Origin: an uncultured Methanosarcinales archaeon
GTDB lineage: Archaea > Nanobdellota > Nanobdellia > Woesearchaeales > CAZOXR01
Direction: 5' to 3'
DNA: 64,000 nt
NCBI GenBank assembly: GCA_964566535.1
Contig: CAZMIO010000003.1
Location: 1-64,000 of the forward strand
Below the pieces are notes generated by a model that was given only the letters and a program-made list of their open reading frames with translations, was not told the DNA's origin and did no database searches. A program made the translations under genes and the position numbers. How positions within the stretch are numbered: position 1 is the stretch's first letter; each line of letters starts with the position of its first letter. Below, piece after piece: positions 9,438 to 19,707 of the stretch.

Positions 9438-10454
9438 ATGGCAAGAAAATACAAAATTGCAACATTAGGATCTCATTCTGCACTGCAAATACTGAAAGGA
9501 GCAAAAGACGAAGGCTTCGAAACTATAGCAATCTGTAAAAGAGGCACCGAAAAAGTATACCAGTCTTTCAAAGTTGCAGACAAGATAATTCTGATTGATG
9601 ATTACAAAGAAATCCTTGGGATGCAAAAAAAACTAATTGAGGATAATGTAATAATCATACCTCACGCTTCATTCATCTCATACATAGGTCCAGAAGCAAT
9701 GAGCAAATTGAGAGTTCCATATTTTGGGAATAAAGACATTCTAAGATGGGAATCAGACAGGGGTTTAGAAAGAAAGTGGCTAAAAGCAGCTAAACTAAAA
9801 CAACCTAAAATTTTCAAACATCCAAAATTCATTGACCGTCCAGTTATTGTAAAGTTCCATGGAGCAGGCGGTGGCCAAGGTTACTTCGTAGCAAAGAATG
9901 AAAGCGACTTCAAGAAGAAAATAAAGCTACACAAAGAAGACGAATATGTTATCCAGGAATATGTCCTTGGAGTCCACATGTATGCACATTACTTCTATTC
10001 TCCTATAACTAACAAACTAGAAATAATGGGATTTGACAAAAGATATGAGAGTAATGTTGATTCTTTAGGCCGAGTTTCAGCACGAGACCAAATGGCCCTA
10101 CCTAAAGAACAAGTAGACCCATCATATCTTATTGTTGGAAACATCCCAGTTGTTGTACGAGAATCCTACTTACCAAGATTTCTGGAAATGGGAGAAGATG
10201 TAATTGAAATCTCAAAACGCATTGCTCCACCTGGACTTTTCGGACCATTCTGTTTAGAAACAATCCTAACACCAGAAGGCGAAATAATCACATTCGAAAT
10301 CTCAGCAAGAATTGTAGCAGGAACTAATCCATACATAAACGGAAGCCCTTACACAGATATAACTTATGATGAGCCAATGTCAACAGGAAGACGGATTGCA
10401 AGAGAGATTAAGATAGCAATCGAAAAAGGCCAATTAAGCAAAATATTACATTAG
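9438..10454 (+). CDS. purP: PurP family AICAR formate ligase (ATP-grasp)
   Basis: IATLGSHSALQI, GPFCLE, FEISARIVAGTN, STGRRIAREI. Confidence 0.9.
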   Translation: MARKYKIATLGSHSALQILKGAKDEGFETIAICKRGTEKVYQSFKVADKIILIDDYKEILGMQKKLIEDNVIIIPHASFISYIGPEAMSKLRVPYFGNKDILRWESDRGLERKWLKAAKLKQPKIFKHPKFIDRPVIVKFHGAGGGQGYFVAKNESDFKKKIKLHKEDEYVIQEYVLGVHMYAHYFYSPITNKLEIMGFDKRYESNVDSLGRVSARDQMALPKEQVDPSYLIVGNIPVVVRESYLPRFLEMGEDVIEISKRIAPPGLFGPFCLETILTPEGEIITFEISARIVAGTNPYINGSPYTDITYDEPMSTGRRIAREIKIAIEKGQLSKILH

Positions 10455-11945
10455 GTGATTCTTATGCAAAAGAAAAAAAAGAGAATAGTCAAACAAATAA
10501 AATCTAACAAACCAAAAAAACGTGGCTTTCTAGTTAAATTTAATCACGTAAAATCAAAGAAAAAGACACACAAACCAAAGAAAAGCTTCCTTAAAATCAC
10601 ATCTGCACATCACAAAAAATCTACACAAACAAATAAAAAACCAAAAAAGAAAGGCTTTCTACAGATTAAAACAATACACAAACCATCACTTCAAGAAGAA
10701 GCTAAACCTACAATAATACAAACTACTCCCCAACCAGAAAAACATTCAGATTTCGGAGGCTTTTTTGAAAAAAAGTTCGAAAACGTAGTCCACAAAATAG
10801 AAAATTTTATGGGAAAGAAAGTAACTCAGGAAAACATAAACAAAGTTCTAGCCTCATACAATAAAAGTGAGATAACAATTGGAGTCCTCGGAGGACATTC
10901 TGCATTAGATGTCTGCAGGGGAGCAAAACTACAAGGTTTTAGAACAGTGGCCGTCTGTCAAAAGGGCCGTGAAAAAACGTATGATAAATACTACAAAACA
11001 AGAGACAACAAAGGAATAGTAGATGAAGTTATAATAGTAAACAAATTCTCAGACATAACAAAAAAAGAAGTTCAGGAAAAACTTAGATCACTTAACACAA
11101 TATTTATCCACAACAGATACTTTTGGGTTTACTGCGATTTCAAAGAAATAGAACAAAACTTCCTAGTTCCAATCTATGGTACAAGAACAATGCTAAAACT
11201 AGAAGAACGAGACGTTCCAAAAAACCAATATTATTTGATGCAAAAAGCAGGAATAAGAATACCGAAAATATTCTCAACTCCAAAGTCAATTGACCGGTTA
11301 GTAATAGTCAAAGTTGCAGAAGCAAAAAGAAGTTACGAGCGTGCTTTCTTCTTCTGTTCAAGCTACAAACAATATCAAGAAAAATCTCAAAGACTAATCA
11401 AAGAAAAATCAATTACGGAGGAAGCTCTAAAAATAGCAGTAATAGAAGAATACATTGTTGGAGCACAAGTAAACTTTAATTATTTTTACTCACCATTAAC
11501 AGACGAACTAGAATTGATGGGGACAGACACAAGACGTCAAACAAACATTGACGGATTAATTAGAATTCCAGCAGACCAGCAATTAGAAGTTTTAAAACTA
11601 ATAAAGCCAAAACTTGTCGAAACTGGCCACATTGCCTGCACAACAAAAGAATCAATAATAGAAAAGATATTTGAGCTAGGTGAAAAGTTCGTTGCAACAT
11701 GTAAAAAAGAACACGCCCCAGGGATTATTGGCCCATTCGCATTGCAGGGAGCAATCTCAGCTGACTCAGGAAAAGAAGAACCAGTTATCTTTGACGTTTC
11801 AATGAGAATTCCAGGCTCGCCAGGAACAGCATTTACACCATACTCTGGCTACCTTTACCAAAACTCAATCTCTTATGGAGAAAGAATAGCAATGGAGATA
11901 AAAAAAGCAAAAGAAGAAGATAAACTAGACTTAATATGCACTTAA
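10455..11945 (+). CDS. PurP-like paralog with Lys-rich N-terminal extension
   Basis: IGVLGGHSALDV, IIGPFALQG, RIPGSPG, GERIAMEI; start uncertain. Confidence 0.85.
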   Translation: MILMQKKKKRIVKQIKSNKPKKRGFLVKFNHVKSKKKTHKPKKSFLKITSAHHKKSTQTNKKPKKKGFLQIKTIHKPSLQEEAKPTIIQTTPQPEKHSDFGGFFEKKFENVVHKIENFMGKKVTQENINKVLASYNKSEITIGVLGGHSALDVCRGAKLQGFRTVAVCQKGREKTYDKYYKTRDNKGIVDEVIIVNKFSDITKKEVQEKLRSLNTIFIHNRYFWVYCDFKEIEQNFLVPIYGTRTMLKLEERDVPKNQYYLMQKAGIRIPKIFSTPKSIDRLVIVKVAEAKRSYERAFFFCSSYKQYQEKSQRLIKEKSITEEALKIAVIEEYIVGAQVNFNYFYSPLTDELELMGTDTRRQTNIDGLIRIPADQQLEVLKLIKPKLVETGHIACTTKESIIEKIFELGEKFVATCKKEHAPGIIGPFALQGAISADSGKEEPVIFDVSMRIPGSPGTAFTPYSGYLYQNSISYGERIAMEIKKAKEEDKLDLICT

Positions 11946-11946
11946 A

Positions 11947-13485
11947 ATGATTTTAGTAATAAACTATGGAGGACAGTATTGTCATCTCATTGCAAGACGT
12001 GTTAGAGACCTCGGTGTTTATTCAGAAGTTGTACCTTACGACGTATCAATTGGAGAAATACAAAAACTAAATCCTAATGGAATCATATTCTCAGGAGGGC
12101 CTTCTTCCGTTTACGAAAAAAACGCTCCAAAGTCAAACAAAGAAATACTAACTCTAAACATCCCAATCTTAGGAATCTGTTACGGCCAACAGTTAATCGC
12201 AAAACAATTAGGGGCAAAAGTAGAATCAAAAAAAATTAAGGAATACGGAAAAAAGATAGCAAAGATCCAAAGTAAAAAGTCATTGTTAAAAAAACTAAAA
12301 GGCAAAGAGCAAGTTTGGATGTCTCATGGGGACTCAGTATCAAAACTTCCAGAAAACTATAAAATCTTAGCCTCAACAGAAACTTGTAAGATCGCTTCTT
12401 TTGGTAACGACAAAAAGAAAATCTACGGAGTTCAGTTCCATCCAGAAGTTGTTCACACTCCAAAAGGAAATCAGATCCTAAAAAACTTTATCTTCAACAT
12501 TTGTAAAGCAAAAAAAGACTACAACATAAAGGATTTGTCAAGAAGAACAATAAACGAGATAAAAGAAGAAGTCCAGGACGATTTAGTGATTATGGGTACA
12601 TCAGGCGGAGTAGATTCAACAGTTGCAGCAGTATTAGCACATAAAGCAATTGGTGACCATCTACATTGCATATTCGTTGACCACGGCCTTATCAGAAAAA
12701 ACGAAGCAAAAGAAGTAAAATCAATCTACAAAGACAATTTCAACTTCAAACATTTCTACATGGTAGATGCATCCAAACTTTTCCTAAAAAAACTAAGGGG
12801 AGTTACAGATCCAGAAAAGAAAAGAAAAATAATTGGTCATACTTTTATAGAAGTTTTTGAAAAAAAGGCAAAAGAAATCTCAAAGCGCCATAAAAATGTA
12901 AAATTCTTAGGTCAAGGCACCATTTATCCAGACAGGATAGAGTCTGCACAACCTACATCACAGGCATCAAAAATAAAATCACATCATAATCTAACTTTAC
13001 CAGAGAAGATGGACCTAAAGATCATAGAACCATTAAAAGAACTCTACAAAGACGGTGTCAGAGCATTAGGATCGGAATTAAACATCCCAAGAAACCTGCT
13101 CTATCGTCACCCATTCCCAGGTCCAGGCTTAGCAATCAGAATATTAGGCGAAATCACAGATAAACGTATTGATATCTTAAGAGAGGCAGACCATATCTAC
13201 ATGCAGGAACTAAAAAGAACAGGCCAGTACCAAAAGATCTGGCAAGCCTTTGCAGCACTACTACCAGTTAAAACAGTTGGAGTCATGGGTGACGCAAGAA
13301 CATACGAATATGTTATTTCGTTAAGAGCAGTAACCAGTAAAGACGCAATGACGGCAGACTGGGCAAAGATTCCTAATCATATTCTAGAAAAGATCTCAAA
13401 CAGAATCATAAATGAGGTTAATGGTGTTAATAGGGTTGTTTATGATATAACGCAGAAACCCCCGGGAACTATTGAATACGAATAA
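11947..13485 (+). CDS. guaA: GMP synthase (glutamine-hydrolysing, fused)
   Basis: LGICYGQQ, QFHPEV, SGGVDS, HPFPGPGL, KPPGTIEYE. Confidence 0.97.
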   Translation: MILVINYGGQYCHLIARRVRDLGVYSEVVPYDVSIGEIQKLNPNGIIFSGGPSSVYEKNAPKSNKEILTLNIPILGICYGQQLIAKQLGAKVESKKIKEYGKKIAKIQSKKSLLKKLKGKEQVWMSHGDSVSKLPENYKILASTETCKIASFGNDKKKIYGVQFHPEVVHTPKGNQILKNFIFNICKAKKDYNIKDLSRRTINEIKEEVQDDLVIMGTSGGVDSTVAAVLAHKAIGDHLHCIFVDHGLIRKNEAKEVKSIYKDNFNFKHFYMVDASKLFLKKLRGVTDPEKKRKIIGHTFIEVFEKKAKEISKRHKNVKFLGQGTIYPDRIESAQPTSQASKIKSHHNLTLPEKMDLKIIEPLKELYKDGVRALGSELNIPRNLLYRHPFPGPGLAIRILGEITDKRIDILREADHIYMQELKRTGQYQKIWQAFAALLPVKTVGVMGDARTYEYVISLRAVTSKDAMTADWAKIPNHILEKISNRIINEVNGVNRVVYDITQKPPGTIEYE

Positions 13486-13630
13486 ATAGATAGTTACCGC
13501 GGGGTGCCAGAGACTCAAAGTCTCTCAGCACCACCAGGGACGATAGAATACGAATAGAAATGAGTCCCTGCGTGGTTCAAGAAATATCAAAGATTTCTAA
13601 GAACCCCCTGGCACAATCGAGTATGAATAA
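13486..13630 (+). repeat. Two ~72-bp units, each a hairpin plus a recoded copy of the guaA 3' end (PPGTIEYE*)
   Basis: Copies at 13531..13557 and 13604..13630 versus native 13459..13485; hairpins 13503..13532 and 13574..13605. Confidence 0.85.
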
Positions 13631-13652
13631 ATAATAAACACAAATAGAATTT

Positions 13653-13982
13653 CTAAGCTCTTCTAAGAGTTGCCCCTCGAGGTGCTTTTCGCGGAGAATC
13701 TAACTCATCTCTTGCCTCATCTAATTTTTCAATTTTAGCTTTAATATCCTTTATTCGAGCATTAGCATCCGCTCTTGTCTGAGAATATCTACTTCCATCA
13801 ACTAATTTCGTTCCTTTTCCTCTTTGACCAACAACTATCCCTTCTTGTTCGCTTAATTGAAGACGAAGAACTCCTAACTTCTTATCTATCGCCCGAACCT
13901 TATCTACTCTCTCAGCTTCTTTCTCTTCCGGTGTTTTTCTTTTCCATGGCCAGTTCATAATACTACCTCTCAACATACTCAT
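13653..13982 (-). CDS. Hypothetical coiled-coil protein
   Basis: 109-aa ORF; likely start MNWPWK after GAGG. Confidence 0.55.
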   Translation of the reverse strand: MSMLRGSIMNWPWKRKTPEEKEAERVDKVRAIDKKLGVLRLQLSEQEGIVVGQRGKGTKLVDGSRYSQTRADANARIKDIKAKIEKLDEARDELDSPRKAPRGATLRRA

Positions 13983-14010
13983 ATTTAAATCTTTTCCTAT
14001 TAAGAAACAA

Positions 14011-15558
14011 TCAACAATTCCTAGCAGTCATGCCCTCTTCCTGCTTCCCCTGCTTATAATTACTAAGTGAGTTTTTATACAACTTCTTACCGCAAGGAGT
14101 AGGATAATCAGAATTCAAACAAGCCATACATAAATCTCCCTTAGGTAACCCAATCGATCTAACCAATCCAGGAATTGTTTGGTAAATTACTGAATCTGCA
14201 CCTAAATCTTTAGCAATCTTCTCACAAGTTTTGTCAGAAATTTTTTCAGGATCAAGTTCTTTTTCATATTGAGGGGCAAGCAATTCAGAAATAGTGGACA
14301 TATCGATTCCATAGAAACAAGGAGCTTTAATTGGTGGACAACTAACTCTCAAATGAACTTCCTTAGCCCCACCTTCATTCTTCAAAAATCTTACAATTTT
14401 CTCACTAGTAGCCCCTCTTACTACACTATCATCAACCAAGATTACTTTTTTATCTCTGAGAATTTTTCGGAGTACTGTAAATTTGTTCTGTATCATATTA
14501 TTTCTGCCAGAACCCTCTATAAAGGTTCTTCCAACATATCTGTTTCTAATCAAACCCTCCATTGAAGGAACTCCTAGCGCGTAAGCCATAGCATCTCCAG
14601 CAGCCTTACCAGAGTCAGGAACCGGAACCACAATGTGATCAGGAGTTATCTTCTCAGTTTCTAATTTAGCTAGTTCCTGGCCGAGTCTAGTTCTAGTTAA
14701 ATAAACAGACCTTCCATCAATAACCGAACTTACATTTGCAAAATAAACATATTCAAACATACAATGAGCTTTCCTCTTGCTTTTTGCAAACCGTTTGACT
14801 TCAATAGAATCTCCCTCAACAGTTATTACCTTGCCTGGTTCTAATGAATGGAACTTTTTCATTCCAGAATTCTGCAATGCATTACTTTCAGAAGCAGCAA
14901 GCATCATCCCATCTTTAATCCCATAACTTAATGGCCTTATCCCTAATGGGTCTCTACAAACGGCCAAATCCCCATAACCATTAACAAAAGCAATATTATA
15001 AGCACCATCAAACCCCTTACTAAGGTTAGAGAACACATTTACCATATCAGGTTTATTTCTCCCCATCAACTCCCTTGCAATATAATGCATGACAATCTCA
15101 GTATCTGCTTCAAGAATAAAGTGATAATCTGTTTTCTTCATAAGCTCAGCTTTTAATTCTTTATAGTTTGCAATCGTACCATTAAAACCAAAAGAAAACC
15201 ACTTCCATTTCCTTCCGTGCTTTCTCTCAAACGGTTGAGCATAACTTCTTTCTTCTAATCCACATGTCGCATACCTTACATGTCCAATCCCTTTATTCCC
15301 TTCATACTTCCTAAACAACTCTGCACTCCTCTGCTGGCTCCTCGTCCTAAAAACCTCATTAACAGGACCAAGTTGTCTGTAAGTATTAATCAGTGCAGAC
15401 CTATTCTTATTATAAGTTGTAAAACCAGTGCTTAACTGCCCTCTATTCTGCAGATTCAACAGCATCTTATATAGATAGAACAAAGCTTTCTTAGAGGCAT
15501 CTCCGTTTTCCTTCAAGTACACTGCCGCAATGCCGCACTCATCATGAACTTCTGCCAT
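14011..15558 (-). CDS. purF: Amidophosphoribosyltransferase
   Basis: ECGI N-terminal nucleophile, NLQNRGQ, GHVRYAT, LVDDSVVRG, PCFYGIDM, CMAC. Confidence 0.96.
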   Translation of the reverse strand: MAEVHDECGIAAVYLKENGDASKKALFYLYKMLLNLQNRGQLSTGFTTYNKNRSALINTYRQLGPVNEVFRTRSQQRSAELFRKYEGNKGIGHVRYATCGLEERSYAQPFERKHGRKWKWFSFGFNGTIANYKELKAELMKKTDYHFILEADTEIVMHYIARELMGRNKPDMVNVFSNLSKGFDGAYNIAFVNGYGDLAVCRDPLGIRPLSYGIKDGMMLAASESNALQNSGMKKFHSLEPGKVITVEGDSIEVKRFAKSKRKAHCMFEYVYFANVSSVIDGRSVYLTRTRLGQELAKLETEKITPDHIVVPVPDSGKAAGDAMAYALGVPSMEGLIRNRYVGRTFIEGSGRNNMIQNKFTVLRKILRDKKVILVDDSVVRGATSEKIVRFLKNEGGAKEVHLRVSCPPIKAPCFYGIDMSTISELLAPQYEKELDPEKISDKTCEKIAKDLGADSVIYQTIPGLVRSIGLPKGDLCMACLNSDYPTPCGKKLYKNSLSNYKQGKQEEGMTARNC

Positions 15559-15635
15559 CTTACAACTTTATGGACCCATTCCATATTTATAAACCTTTCC
15601 ATTGAAAAAGATTCTATAATAAAGAAATAATATAT

Positions 15636-16187
15636 TTAATTGGAAGCTTCACTCAAAGCCATTGCCGCTCTTATGTCATCTGTTTTACCAGTGGCATCTT
15701 CTAGCTTTGCAACCAATTCATCACGACCAAGATCCGGAAAATCTTCAAGTACTCTTCTTACTCTCAACAAGTCACTAACTGCAGTATTTTCTTGATAAAC
15801 ACCTGGATTATCACCAACCCCTCTTACTAATACCATATCCCCACCATCAACTAATGCAACTTCTTCAAAAATAGAATCAGCTCCACTCTCTCCAAGGTAC
15901 GCATATATCCGCCCATCAGAATCTAATCGTCCTACAACCTCATGATCCACTCTTCTCCTCAATACGCCATCTGCTCCTCCTAAATAAAAACCCCTCCAAG
16001 CATCATCTGATGTTTTGCTTTCACTTAAGCCAATTGCACCACCAACTCTATCACCAAACCTCCCTGTAACATGGAAATTGTATGAATCTGGATGGTGTAA
16101 AGCCCCACTTAAATCCAATAACTCCACATAGTCACTACCACTGGACAAATGCCTCAAGTAAGTCATATTATCGTTCATCTTAATCAT
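15636..16187 (-). CDS. Hypothetical protein
   Basis: 183-aa ORF; start uncertain. Confidence 0.55.
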   Translation of the reverse strand: MIKMNDNMTYLRHLSSGSDYVELLDLSGALHHPDSYNFHVTGRFGDRVGGAIGLSESKTSDDAWRGFYLGGADGVLRRRVDHEVVGRLDSDGRIYAYLGESGADSIFEEVALVDGGDMVLVRGVGDNPGVYQENTAVSDLLRVRRVLEDFPDLGRDELVAKLEDATGKTDDIRAAMALSEASN

Positions 16188-16268
16188 AAAGCAAATATGG
16201 TCTTATTTAAAAATAATTTCTTTTTAACCAAAAAAAATTTAAACCAACCTTTATTTGTATTAACTAAC

Positions 16269-17576
16269 ATGGTAAACATACTAGTCGTAGGCAATGACGC
16301 AAGAACACATGCAGTAGTAGAAGCATTAATAATTTCTCCGCAAAAACCAAAAATCTTTGCATATATGGCAGCAAACAATCCAGGAATTGCAGAACTCTCA
16401 GCTCAAATTCAACTAGGCAGCTACGACGACTTAGAATCGATTAACACATTCGCAGAAGTAAGTGCCATAGACTTCGCATTCATCGGCCCAGAATATCCAT
16501 TAAGCAAAGGCGTTGTAGACAGTTTAGAAAAAATTAACATAAAGTCAGTCGGCCCAATTAAAGAACTAGCACAACTAGAAACATCAAAATCATTCACAAG
16601 ATTACTTCAACAAAAATATAATGTTCCAGGCCTACCAAAATTCAAAGTTTTCGAATCAAAGGACGGATTACAAGAATTCATAGAAACTCTCGACGCCTTC
16701 GTTGTAAAACCAGATGGGCTAACCGGTGGAAAAGGAATTAAAGTTCAAGGTGACCACTTCAATACAAAAGAAGAAGGAATAAAAGAAGCAGAGTCAGTAC
16801 TAAAAGACCATCCCGCAGTTGTAATCGAAGAAAAACTAATAGGTCAAGAATTCTCATTACAATCACTAACAGACGGAAAAACTCTGTTAGACTTCCCACC
16901 AGTACAAGATCATAAAAGAGCATTTGTTGGTGATAAGGGCCCAAACACAGGTGGGATGGGTAGTTATTCAACAGGACCATTACTACCATTCATGACAGAA
17001 CAAGACCTAAAAGATGCACATGAAATTACATTACAAATGGCAAAAGCAATCAAAGAAGAAACTGGACACTTGTACAAAGGAGTTATGTACGGTGGATTCA
17101 TCTGCACCAAAGACGGAGTAAAACTAATCGAATACAACGCAAGATTTGGAGACCCGGAAGCCATGAACATACTACCAGTCCTAAAAACAGACTTTGTAAA
17201 AATCTGCCAAGCAGTAATCGCAGAAACACTAGACCAAATCCAACCAGAATTCAGTAATGATGCAACAGTCTGCAAATACGCAGTTCCAGATGGCTATCCA
17301 GACAAACCAGTAGCTAACAAAAAAGTCGACATATCAGAAGTAGACAGAAATGCAAGAATATATTACGCTTCCGTTGAAAAGAAAGACAACAAAATATACA
17401 TGACTAAATCAAGAGCGCTAGCTTTCGTAGGAATCGCACCATCTATCAAAGACGCAGAAGTAATTGCAGAAAACGCAGTATCCTCAGTCAAAGGCCCAGT
17501 CTTCCACAGAGAAGACATCGGAACAAAAGAACTTATAGATAAAAGAATAAAGCATATGGAAGAGTTGAGAAGTTAA
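16269..17576 (+). CDS. purD: Phosphoribosylamine-glycine ligase
   Basis: GPEYPL, KPDGLTGGKG, QDHKR, GPNTGGMG, EYNARFGDPE; ATG at 16269 (track extends to 16149). Confidence 0.96.
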   Translation: MVNILVVGNDARTHAVVEALIISPQKPKIFAYMAANNPGIAELSAQIQLGSYDDLESINTFAEVSAIDFAFIGPEYPLSKGVVDSLEKINIKSVGPIKELAQLETSKSFTRLLQQKYNVPGLPKFKVFESKDGLQEFIETLDAFVVKPDGLTGGKGIKVQGDHFNTKEEGIKEAESVLKDHPAVVIEEKLIGQEFSLQSLTDGKTLLDFPPVQDHKRAFVGDKGPNTGGMGSYSTGPLLPFMTEQDLKDAHEITLQMAKAIKEETGHLYKGVMYGGFICTKDGVKLIEYNARFGDPEAMNILPVLKTDFVKICQAVIAETLDQIQPEFSNDATVCKYAVPDGYPDKPVANKKVDISEVDRNARIYYASVEKKDNKIYMTKSRALAFVGIAPSIKDAEVIAENAVSSVKGPVFHREDIGTKELIDKRIKHMEELRS

Positions 17577-19588
17577 CCATAATTCTGTAACAGCCTACTT
17601 ACAAGAGATAACCGTTCTTCAAAAAACCTTTTCTGTTTTGAAGGAGCAACTTTAGCCATTGTTTTTAAAGTTTCATGATACCAAGATATAACCTTACCTC
17701 TAAACTCTAGCTTAACTTTCAATAAATTACCTTCTAATAGATCAATGTACATCAAAGTATGGACAAATGATGTTGTAAACTCTTCAATTAAGTCTCTAGA
17801 ATGACCAGCTGTTGCATCCTCGAAATAGTTATATTCATTAATAAAAAGAAAAAATTGACGATATGAATTTTCTTCTTTCCCCTTATTATTATGAAAACCT
17901 CTCACTAAATCATGATAAATCTTCAGTAATTTCTTATTTTTATTAAACTTTAAAAAGTCAGTAAGTAGATGTAGTGCTTCATGTTCTGCCATATTTAATA
18001 AATCAGGTATACTTTTTTCTGTAAAATAAGGAAAGTTAATATAAATCTGACCTTTACCCGGCATTGCTCCTTCAACTTTTTGGTCTACAATACCTATAAT
18101 ACTAACAACATTAGCATCAAATATTTTTTCAATATTATATATTCCTCTATGCACTACATTAATTTTTCTTTCAATGTCAGGAATCGTCTTAAACTCACCA
18201 TAATTATTTCCATAATAAAAAACAAAAACATCGTCATACGACTCCTTTGGGACCAAATCATAAGTTCCATGTAAATGAGTTGTTTGCTTAAAAAACAAGC
18301 CATACTTCCTTCCATTGCATTCAAAAAGAATAACATTATTCTCTTTCTCGGAAATAGGTATTTTATTAGGAGATGTAACATCACGATCTCCAAGTTGATA
18401 GGACTTTATGTCTCCCCTATTAAGGATATTATAAAATTCCTTATATTCAGCGGATTCTGTATCACCTGAATTAACATTTGGAAGGTAGTTTTCTATTGGT
18501 TCTCCTCCTCCTGGTCTCATAAATAAACCATCTTTAAAACTAGCCAAAGTAAAAGATGTTGAATTATTTAATGAAACTTTTTTAATTGATTCATTAACTG
18601 AAACATGTACAAACACAACAAAGCCATTTACCAATAATGCAGGATTTTGATATTTTTTTAGTATTTCTTTTGTAAGCTTGATTCGTTCAAGTTTTCCATT
18701 ATGTATAATAAAAATCAAAATATACTCTAAATACTCTGCAATTTCAATTAGAGGACGGGTTATAGTTGTACCCTTTGCAATTATTTTCTGCGTATCAATC
18801 AACTTAAAGTGAGGACTATCAATCCCAACTCTAGCACCTTCTTCAGGTATTTGAATCATAAACTTAGAAGCAGAACACCCACTTAACAAAACCCCAGCAA
18901 CACCCATCGCAGCTGCCTGTAACAATAACCTTCTACTCTCATCAGGAACCTTCTCCTTCTCTCTTTTCTCTAAAAAGTTCTCAACAATAAGATAAATCCT
19001 TCTTTTATGCCCATCCTCTTCATCAACCTTGGCTAAGAATCCATTAATATTCCCTTCCCTTAAAGCTCCTTCCTCTCCCTTAACAACTTCATCAATCTGC
19101 TCTAAATCAGGTGATTTAATCAATCCTAAAAACTGCTCTTGACCTTCGCTTCTATTTAGCTGATTTCCTAAACTCTGAGAAACCCTTCTAAAAATACCTA
19201 AAGCAATTTCCATAAACTTGCTTTCTTTTCCCAACAATCCAACTAACTCAGATAATTTATGATGTTTAAAACCATGAAAATCCTTACTAATCAATATCCA
19301 TAAAAATAAAATCTCATCCTCTGTAAATTTCCTCCTAAATCTTCCTTTCAAAAAACCATTTACATTCTCCTGAAAAGACTCAAAACTTGATAAGAATTCA
19401 TTAGTCTTAGCATAAGATACAAACTCGGGAATAGTCTTTCCTATTTGGCTTCTCTTTAACTTCTTGCTAACACTCTCAACAACTTCCCTAACATATCTAA
19501 CTAAACTTTCTTTTTCCTGAGAATATCTCAAACTAGTTTTATAACCCTTCCTAAAGTAATGCTCCACCCTCTTTTCATTATAAACCAT
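17573..19588 (-). CDS. Large protein with internal Tat/lipobox-like segment and C-terminal HExxH metallopeptidase-like domain
   Basis: SRRLLLQAAAMGVAGVLLSGC at ~aa 218-238; AEHEALHLL and downstream EEF. Confidence 0.6.
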   Translation of the reverse strand: MVYNEKRVEHYFRKGYKTSLRYSQEKESLVRYVREVVESVSKKLKRSQIGKTIPEFVSYAKTNEFLSSFESFQENVNGFLKGRFRRKFTEDEILFLWILISKDFHGFKHHKLSELVGLLGKESKFMEIALGIFRRVSQSLGNQLNRSEGQEQFLGLIKSPDLEQIDEVVKGEEGALREGNINGFLAKVDEEDGHKRRIYLIVENFLEKREKEKVPDESRRLLLQAAAMGVAGVLLSGCSASKFMIQIPEEGARVGIDSPHFKLIDTQKIIAKGTTITRPLIEIAEYLEYILIFIIHNGKLERIKLTKEILKKYQNPALLVNGFVVFVHVSVNESIKKVSLNNSTSFTLASFKDGLFMRPGGGEPIENYLPNVNSGDTESAEYKEFYNILNRGDIKSYQLGDRDVTSPNKIPISEKENNVILFECNGRKYGLFFKQTTHLHGTYDLVPKESYDDVFVFYYGNNYGEFKTIPDIERKINVVHRGIYNIEKIFDANVVSIIGIVDQKVEGAMPGKGQIYINFPYFTEKSIPDLLNMAEHEALHLLTDFLKFNKNKKLLKIYHDLVRGFHNNKGKEENSYRQFFLFINEYNYFEDATAGHSRDLIEEFTTSFVHTLMYIDLLEGNLLKVKLEFRGKVISWYHETLKTMAKVAPSKQKRFFEERLSLVSRLLQNYG

Positions 19589-19707
19589 TAATATTAAAAT
19601 TTAGAAAGCAGATTTATAATTCTTTCTGTAAAAAGCTGTGTTTTTCGTAGACAATATTCATTAGATATAGTAATACATATAAAATCCAGCTAATTTCTCT
19701 CTTTAAA

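Noticed and set aside
13486..13630. CRISPR array or tRNA
   Set aside because: Only two units, no identical repeat/unique spacer pattern, no cloverleaf, no cas genes.
16138..16147. CCACTGGACA, partial match to the endonuclease motif
   Set aside because: Only 10 bp, inside a CDS, no following TGGACCC or TATA; chance is plausible.
19624..19656. Hairpin + GACAATA resembling 54952..54973
   Set aside because: Similarity too short and AT-rich to call a shared element.
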